Under the pieces are notes generated by a model that had not been told where the DNA came from, did not search any database, and saw only the letters and a program-made list of their open reading frames with translations. The translations under genes were made by a program, and so were the position numbers. Shown one piece after another: positions 57,662 to 64,000 of a stretch of 64,000 nt of DNA (within the stretch, counting starts at the first letter, position 1; every line of letters begins with the position of its first letter). Source of the DNA: an uncultured Planctomycetaceae bacterium (GTDB lineage: Bacteria > Planctomycetota > Planctomycetia > Isosphaerales > Isosphaeraceae); NCBI GenBank assembly GCA_963833985.1, contig CAWIAD010000002.1, positions 3,424,001 through 3,488,000 of the forward strand, given 5' to 3'.

Positions 57662-58355
57662 CCGGTTCGTGAGCGCATTTGCCGCATGGTCGATCGCATA
57701 CGGGTGCCGCGTGCGCCGACGGCTCTCTATAGCCGCCTCGGTTCTCGCGGCACCTCGGCGCGCCGGGCTGATCACATCAGGAACCGGATCGAGCCAGCAA
57801 CCCGACCTCCGGGTTCAAGCGTCAATTCGCTGGGATCGACCACGCCCGACTGCACCTGGACCTTCCCCGCCATGGCGAAACCGGTTTCGGATCGTGGATG
57901 AATCGCATGTAACGGCCCGGCGCAAGGTAGCCGACGCAAAGGTTCCCCGATCGTCAAAGAGTGCGCGGCGTACTGCAACATTGGGCTCTCTCAACACGCA
58001 AAACAACTCGATGCGGTTGTAAGAATCGTTCTTCGGGGCGGGCACTTTCCCGTGATGCAACCGCCCCCAGGCCGACGCTGGGGATCCAGCGCTTGCCAGT
58101 CCGGCGTGGCGAACGCCAGTGGTTCCCTGGACACGGGAACCGGCTCCACGCGGAAGAGCGGCGGGCGTGGTCTGCCCCGCGACGACCAGCACCGACCATT
58201 CGAAAGAACCCACCACTTCGAACGCCTGGTAGGAAAGTTCACGTCGGCGTGGATGTTCTTCCCTTGTTTGTGTCAAAGCGCCTGATTAGACTCTGGCGGT
58301 CGCACCTCGCGAATCCGTCCCTGTCCCTGCTCGAGTCGCCCGTCGCTGGTAAACC

Positions 58356-59684
58356 ATGGCCGACCCGGTCGATATCCTGTTCGTCTCGGCCAACGCACGC
58401 GCGCTGCCGCAATTGCAGCTCGACGCGGAGTTCCGCGATGTGGAGGAGATGCTCAAGCGATCCGCCTACGGAGGCACCGTCCGGCTCATTCCCGTGCTCG
58501 CGGCTCGCTCGACCGATCTGCTCAAGCGCTGGCTCGAGCACGACCCTGAGGTCATTCATTTCAGCGGCCACGGAATTGCCGCGCAGGGGCTGGTGTTCCA
58601 GAGAGCGGACGGCAACCAGGACGTCCTCCACCCTCAAGTTTTCCTGGACCTGATCCGGGCGCTCCAGGGGAGCGTTCGCGTCGTGGTGCTGAACGCCTGC
58701 CACTCGGACGATCTGGGCAGGAGCGTCGCGGAGGTTGTCGGCTGCGCCATCGGCATGGACGGAGCCATTGCCGACGCGCAGGCGATCGTTTTTTCGGCCT
58801 ATCTCTACCTTGCGCTCGGTCACGGAAGGTCCGTGCGGGATGCGTTCGAGATCGGGCTTGCCGCCCTGAAGCTGGGCGCTGCTGCCGATGATCGTGTCAT
58901 CGACCGGGATCTCGTGCCTGCCGGCTCCGACCCGGCGGGAGGGGCTACAGAGACCTCGATCCCCCGACTCTATTGCCGCCCGGGACTCGATCCGGCGCAG
59001 CTCACGCTCTGCCGGAAGCCAGTGCCCCGGGTCTGGCCGCCCCGCGCCGCGGCGTTGGCTCTGCTCATGAGCCTGCTGGCGATCGTGGGAGTCGAAGCGA
59101 ATGCACGTCGTGCCCGCGTGACGCTCTCGGTACCCAGCCCGGCGGTCCAGGACGAATACCTGCTCAAGGCCACTGTCTATCGCCAGGGACGGTTTGATCG
59201 CCTGCTCGACGCGATCCCCTTGCGGCAGGGCGATGAGATCAACCTCGCCGTCTCCGTCGAGAACGGTCTGCTGCCGTCGCTCTTCTGGTTTGATACCGAA
59301 GGAAAGCTCTATCGATTCGAGTTCGAGCCGGCGGCCGGCGGCGCGGCGGGCACCCGGAGGTATGCCTGGCCGGGACCTGATCGCTATCAGCCTCTGGGCG
59401 GGCCATCTGGTACCGAGCTTCTCCTGGTCTGTGCCACCCGGACCGGCACTCCTTCCGAGGAAGCGGTCAGGGACGCGCTCGCGGGTCCCGCACCCTGGCC
59501 GGAGCTACCCGGCGATTCGATGCTTGTGCTCGAGAGAGACGAGGTTCGGATCGTTTCGCCCCGGGGTCCCTCGGGCGCACCGCAAGTACGTCGTGAAGAC
59601 GCGATCTCCAGAACCCAGCAGCTTCGAAGAGAACTGGCCCGCGCGTTTCCCATGTTCTCCGGTGTTGCATTCCCCCATCGTTGA
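58356..59684 (+). CDS. N-terminal CHAT protease, TM helix and DUF4384-like C-terminal domain
   Basis: IHFSGHG and VVLNACHS dyad motifs; hydrophobic AAALALLMSLLAIVGV; PLRQGDEI...LFWFDTEGK...GPSGTELLLV. Confidence 0.75.
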   Translation: MADPVDILFVSANARALPQLQLDAEFRDVEEMLKRSAYGGTVRLIPVLAARSTDLLKRWLEHDPEVIHFSGHGIAAQGLVFQRADGNQDVLHPQVFLDLIRALQGSVRVVVLNACHSDDLGRSVAEVVGCAIGMDGAIADAQAIVFSAYLYLALGHGRSVRDAFEIGLAALKLGAAADDRVIDRDLVPAGSDPAGGATETSIPRLYCRPGLDPAQLTLCRKPVPRVWPPRAAALALLMSLLAIVGVEANARRARVTLSVPSPAVQDEYLLKATVYRQGRFDRLLDAIPLRQGDEINLAVSVENGLLPSLFWFDTEGKLYRFEFEPAAGGAAGTRRYAWPGPDRYQPLGGPSGTELLLVCATRTGTPSEEAVRDALAGPAPWPELPGDSMLVLERDEVRIVSPRGPSGAPQVRREDAISRTQQLRRELARAFPMFSGVAFPHR

Positions 59685-59746
59685 CTGGCACTCTCCGCCG
59701 GCAGCGTGCTCGTTTCTGCGTCACGGTCGCCCTTGGGAGCAAGCCT

Positions 59747-62700
59747 ATGCCGTCGCGTTGTTCATGGCCACTCGCCGCACGAGTCCTGTCGAGAGGTGTT
59801 CTGCTGCTCGCGATGAATCTCGAACCGGGCGCCAGGAACGCTCTCGCCCAGCCGGGTCCAGCGGCGGAAATGCCCCGGATGGGCGGTGCCCAGGTTGACC
59901 AGATGCTCGCCGCTCAGGCGGAGCAGATCAAGTTCGCTCTGATGACACTCAAGAACGATCCTGAGACGCCCAAAAGTTTGGTCGCCGGTCTCCAGGAACA
60001 GCTCTCGACGAACTATGAAAAGCTGGGAAGGCTTCCAGAGGCAAAGGCCGCCATCGAGGAAGCCATCCAGACCGAGATCGCAGCGCACCAGAACCAGCAG
60101 CACTGGCACCTCGTCAGTGCACGAGCCAGGAAGAAACACGTCGACCTGCTCATGAAGCTCGTCGAACGCCCGGACAAGCGGGATCTGCTCACGACGATCA
60201 AGACCCTCCGGGGGAACGCGAACGACGAGAGCGGAAAGTCCAACCCCGCCGGTTTCGCCACGGGCGTGGAACAGATCGGTGCCATCTACAAGCGGGAGCT
60301 GGGTGATGACGATGCGGTTTACATCGAGAGCCTGGAGGCGAGCGCCGCCACCCGGCTGGCGATCGGTCAAGCCGCGGAGGCCCGCCGTCTCTGCCGTGAG
60401 ATGCTCGACGCCCTGAAGAGAGCAGTCGGCGAGCATCATCCTGAGTATGCGTCCGGGTTGTTCTACCTCTCCCAGACCTACGATCCGCTCACCCAGTACA
60501 ACGTGGTCCGCGACATTCTGCTGGTGGCTCGGTCGGTCTATCAGGAGCAGGGAGTCAAGGAGACGAACCCCGAGCATTTCCAGGTGCTCACCAACCTGGC
60601 GCAGATCGCCATGTCACTCGGAGATGAACGCCAGGCGCTGGAGTGCCTCTCGTCGGCCGCCGCCGTGGCCGCCTGGCTGAGAGAGGAACAGCCGCTGGAC
60701 ATCGCGATGTCGAGCTCGGCCGCCCTGGAGCTGGCCTATGACTACGCGGTGCTCCGTCGCCCGGACCTCGCGCTGCCGTTTCTCAAGCAAAGTCACGACA
60801 TCCTCGAAAAGCTCTCGCCCCTGGAGCGGGTCTCCCCCGAGTATGCGGCCCAGGCCATGCAGTGCGCCCTGGCCTACATGGGAATCCGCTCGTCCGATCC
60901 GGCCGAGCAGGCCAGGATGCTGGCCACCGCCCGGACGCTGTTGCGCAGAGCCTCCAACATCTGTTTCAGTCTCGCGACGGCCGATCCCGCCACGGACTAC
61001 CTGCCGAACATCACGATCCTTGGTTTATTGAATACGTTCGTCGGCGACAAGGCCAACGCCCGCAAGGCCGTGGACCTTGGGTTGGAGCTGTGCAAGAAAT
61101 TCCCGGCGGAAAGAGCGGATTACGAGTGGCAGCTCCAGAGCACGAAGGCGATGTGCCTGCAACTGGATGACCAGTTCGCGGACGCGGAGCAGGCGGCCAG
61201 CCAGGGAGTTCAGTTGCTGCGCAACGACCTGGCGGTCAAGCAGTTTGTCCAGACCGAGGGGCAGCAGCTCGCGCTCCTGGAGTTCAGCCGGGGAACCCTC
61301 GACTACTACCTGAGCCTGACACAGCGGAGCGGCACGCCCGCCCAGAACGTCTATCCTCTGGTCCTGCCATGGAAGGGGTCCGTCTTTGCCCACCAGCGCT
61401 GGCTCAGGCTGATGCAGCAATCGTCGGCCCTGACGAGTCTCTACCAGAAGTGGAGCGGCCTCATCGGCAAGCTCCCGAGCCCGGTCTCGGGACCGGCGCC
61501 ACCGAGCCCGGCGAGCACCGAGCAGATCGAAAACTTCCAGCGCGAGCTGAACGCGCTGGCGTCCAGTATTGCTCCAAGCAACCCGAGCCGCACCATCGGC
61601 ACCACGGTCGAGGAGGTTCAAAAAGCACTGCCGCCCGGTGTGCTGCTCGTCGACTTCCTTGAATATGACAAGGGTTTGCTGCCGAAGGAGTCGATCATGA
61701 ACGCCGCCCCAGTACCCTGGCTGACGGCGTTCCTGGTACGAAACGACGAGGTCACGCGGGTGGAGATCGGTCCCGCCGCTCCCGTTCGCCAGGCCGTGGA
61801 TCAGTGGCGTCAGGCCATCGGAGCCGATCTCGCGGCCAGCCGGGCCCGGGCCGGCCGCGACCCGGGGCAGGCCGTGACGCCCGTGGACCCGGCGGCATGG
61901 CAGAAGCCCGCTCAATGGCTGCATGAGAATGTGTGGAAGCAACTCGGACCGTTCGTGAGAGAGAACGACGTGCTGCTCATCTCGGCCGACGGTGCGCTGG
62001 CGCGGTTCCCGTTCGCCGCCCTCCCCGGCGCGAGCCCCGGCAGGTACCTCATCGAGGATCACGCCATTGCCATGATGCCCGTTCCCCAGTTGCTGCCCGC
62101 GCTGCTGGCCGACGAGGGGAAGTCCCTGGCCGCGGACTCCTTGTTGCTCGTCGGTCACGTCAATTACGGCCAGGTCAAGCGGAAGGCGGGCAATCGCATC
62201 GCTCCAATCAAAGACATCGCGCGCCTTGACCCCGACAGGGCAGGGCTGAGGGCGCCCGCTCCCCTGGCCGACGGCTCGATCGTGTGGGAAGACCTCAAGG
62301 AGACCGACGGCGAGATTCTCAAGATCGGGGCGGAATTCGAGCGGTCCCACGAGCGCGCTCCGGTCCCCCTGCGACTGGACGGGAAGAAAGCCACCGAGGA
62401 AGCCTTGAAGCATCAGGCAAGCCGGTTCCGGTACATCCACCTGGCGACCCACGGCTTCTTCGCCCGGGTGGACGCGGGAGAAGCCGGTCAGCCCGATTCC
62501 GGATTCACGCTCTATTCGCCGTACCTGGTCTCGAAGAAGGTGGGGGGCTGGCACCCCGGCCTGCTCTCCGGAATTGTCATGGCGGGCGCCAACGAGCCCC
62601 AGGATCCGGGCCAGGATAATGAGATCCTCACCGCCCTGGAGTTCGCCACGATCGACCTCCGGGCGACCGACCTGCTGGTGCTCTCAGCCTGCGAAACCGG

Positions 62701-63019
62701 ACTGGGCCCGACGGCCGGAGGTGAAGGACTGCTCGGGCTCCAGCGCGCCTGCCAGGTCGCCGGGGCCCGGACGGTGATTGCCAGCCTCTGGAGAGTTCAG
62801 GACCGGAACGCGCGCTCGCTCATGGAGGACTTCTACGTGAACCTCTGGCAGGGCAAGATGTCGAAGCTGGAAGCCATGCGGCAAGCCCAGATCAGTGCGA
62901 TCAAGGGAGGCCTGGAACGCGGACCAGACGGCGCGGCGCACGCGCGGAAACCGTCCGAGCCGTATCGCGCACCACCGTCTGTATGGGCCGCCTGGATCGT
63001 CTCCGGCGACTGGCGGTGA
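59747..63019 (+). CDS. TPR-CHAT (caspase-like) protease with possible signal peptide
   Basis: TPR-like helices (GEHHPEYA), ISADG.L..FPFAAL, IHLATHGF, LVLSACETGLG, SLWRV, WAAWIVSGDWR; GGGAG before ATG 59747. Confidence 0.9.
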   Translation: MPSRCSWPLAARVLSRGVLLLAMNLEPGARNALAQPGPAAEMPRMGGAQVDQMLAAQAEQIKFALMTLKNDPETPKSLVAGLQEQLSTNYEKLGRLPEAKAAIEEAIQTEIAAHQNQQHWHLVSARARKKHVDLLMKLVERPDKRDLLTTIKTLRGNANDESGKSNPAGFATGVEQIGAIYKRELGDDDAVYIESLEASAATRLAIGQAAEARRLCREMLDALKRAVGEHHPEYASGLFYLSQTYDPLTQYNVVRDILLVARSVYQEQGVKETNPEHFQVLTNLAQIAMSLGDERQALECLSSAAAVAAWLREEQPLDIAMSSSAALELAYDYAVLRRPDLALPFLKQSHDILEKLSPLERVSPEYAAQAMQCALAYMGIRSSDPAEQARMLATARTLLRRASNICFSLATADPATDYLPNITILGLLNTFVGDKANARKAVDLGLELCKKFPAERADYEWQLQSTKAMCLQLDDQFADAEQAASQGVQLLRNDLAVKQFVQTEGQQLALLEFSRGTLDYYLSLTQRSGTPAQNVYPLVLPWKGSVFAHQRWLRLMQQSSALTSLYQKWSGLIGKLPSPVSGPAPPSPASTEQIENFQRELNALASSIAPSNPSRTIGTTVEEVQKALPPGVLLVDFLEYDKGLLPKESIMNAAPVPWLTAFLVRNDEVTRVEIGPAAPVRQAVDQWRQAIGADLAASRARAGRDPGQAVTPVDPAAWQKPAQWLHENVWKQLGPFVRENDVLLISADGALARFPFAALPGASPGRYLIEDHAIAMMPVPQLLPALLADEGKSLAADSLLLVGHVNYGQVKRKAGNRIAPIKDIARLDPDRAGLRAPAPLADGSIVWEDLKETDGEILKIGAEFERSHERAPVPLRLDGKKATEEALKHQASRFRYIHLATHGFFARVDAGEAGQPDSGFTLYSPYLVSKKVGGWHPGLLSGIVMAGANEPQDPGQDNEILTALEFATIDLRATDLLVLSACETGLGPTAGGEGLLGLQRACQVAGARTVIASLWRVQDRNARSLMEDFYVNLWQGKMSKLEAMRQAQISAIKGGLERGPDGAAHARKPSEPYRAPPSVWAAWIVSGDWR

Positions 63020-63150
63020 GCCGGCCTGCGCGCCCCGGTTCCAGACCGCTGCGACGGCGGATCGACAGGCGAAACCGAGTTCGCTAGAATGGGACTATTG
63101 TCAGAGGCTGCCGTCCGACAGGTCGCGGATTCGCTTTCGGGAGGCCTTTC

Positions 63151-63933
63151 ATGTCGCCAGGTGACTCCGTCGTTGGCCGGTCGCAACGGCCGTCTCCCGC
63201 GGCCAGCGTCGGCTCGGGTTTCTCGCGGGTCTATCTGTTTTGTCTCAGGGGGCTGGCGGCCGCGGTTGTGACCGCGGGAGTCCTGGAACTGATCCTGGTT
63301 GCCGGGAACGGCATCCTGCTGCTGGGGGAGCTGAGCGGGCCGCTGGGACTGATCGGCATCGTCACGATTCATATGGCGCGGTTCCTGAACAGCATGGTCC
63401 TCGTGCCGCTGAATGACCCCATCATCTTCTGGACTCGATCGGAATGGATGATCCGGACTGCTGGAAGCAGTCGTGAATACTTCGTCGGCATGACGGCCGC
63501 GCACGTTTGCCTAGGAATGCTCAACATCCTGATCGGGTACGGGCTCTGGCTGCGGCGCCCGCGGGCGAGAACCGCGCTGTTGTGGCTCATGCTCATCGCC
63601 GGGGACCTGGCCGCATTTCATGGAGCCGTCCTACTCTTCGGGGGACCGGCCTGGAAGACCTACGGCCTGATCGCGCTGCCGCTGGCGGTGCTGGTGGCCT
63701 TGCCGATCATCGTGTTTCTCATGCTGCCTGGAACGGCCGCCCTGTTCCACGATCACGGTCCGGAGCCAAGAATCGCCCACGGCCGCCGTCCGTGGTGGCT
63801 CTTGTCAATGCAGTTCCTGGCTGGGCTACTCGTCCTGGCTCTGGGTATCGGAGTGTTGCTGCTCTGGCAGCTTGGCCCACTGGTCGAGGTTGCCTGGGCC
63901 GGCACGCACATCGTCGTGGGCTGGACGCTCTGA
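63151..63933 (+). CDS. Multi-pass membrane hypothetical protein
   Basis: 260-aa ORF with about 6 hydrophobic segments. Confidence 0.6.
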   Translation: MSPGDSVVGRSQRPSPAASVGSGFSRVYLFCLRGLAAAVVTAGVLELILVAGNGILLLGELSGPLGLIGIVTIHMARFLNSMVLVPLNDPIIFWTRSEWMIRTAGSSREYFVGMTAAHVCLGMLNILIGYGLWLRRPRARTALLWLMLIAGDLAAFHGAVLLFGGPAWKTYGLIALPLAVLVALPIIVFLMLPGTAALFHDHGPEPRIAHGRRPWWLLSMQFLAGLLVLALGIGVLLLWQLGPLVEVAWAGTHIVVGWTL

Positions 63934-64000
63934 CGAGCGACCCGGCCGGCCGCGATGCCCCGGAGTTGATCGTCTCCCGTCGCCGTGTTAGTCTCGCCAT

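Noticed and set aside
57905..57960. GACGCAAA motif resembling a c-di-GMP-I riboswitch
   Set aside because: The upstream GGCAAA element and the expected stems are not convincingly present.

Overview
GC-rich chromosomal window, most likely from a planctomycete (DUF1501, DUF1549/DUF1553, LEPRxLL-type motif, GYF_2 and CRTAC1-like genes). Housekeeping content: purM, a class II cytochrome c, lipoate ligase, sucA-sucB...lpdA, dxr-rseP, acs, rpmF-rpmB, ppa, and a 40-aa Thx (bS31) gene missed by the ORF track. Accessory content: a xylonate dehydratase, a Tat-exported copper storage protein, an IS1182-like element inserted into a REPIN-like palindrome, a C30-type carotenoid cluster with no synthase in the window, tandem FHA genes and two adjacent CHAT proteases. 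About 14 genes carry frameshifts, including dxr, which points to assembly indel errors rather than real pseudogenes. The best candidate for an undescribed system is a two-gene module at 19131-20299: a 75-aa protein with beta-grasp-like strand/helix order ending in ...IVPAIQGG, followed by an unannotated Cys-containing partner, with no E1, JAB or sulfur-transfer gene in the window. All family assignments come from reading motifs by eye; no database search was run.
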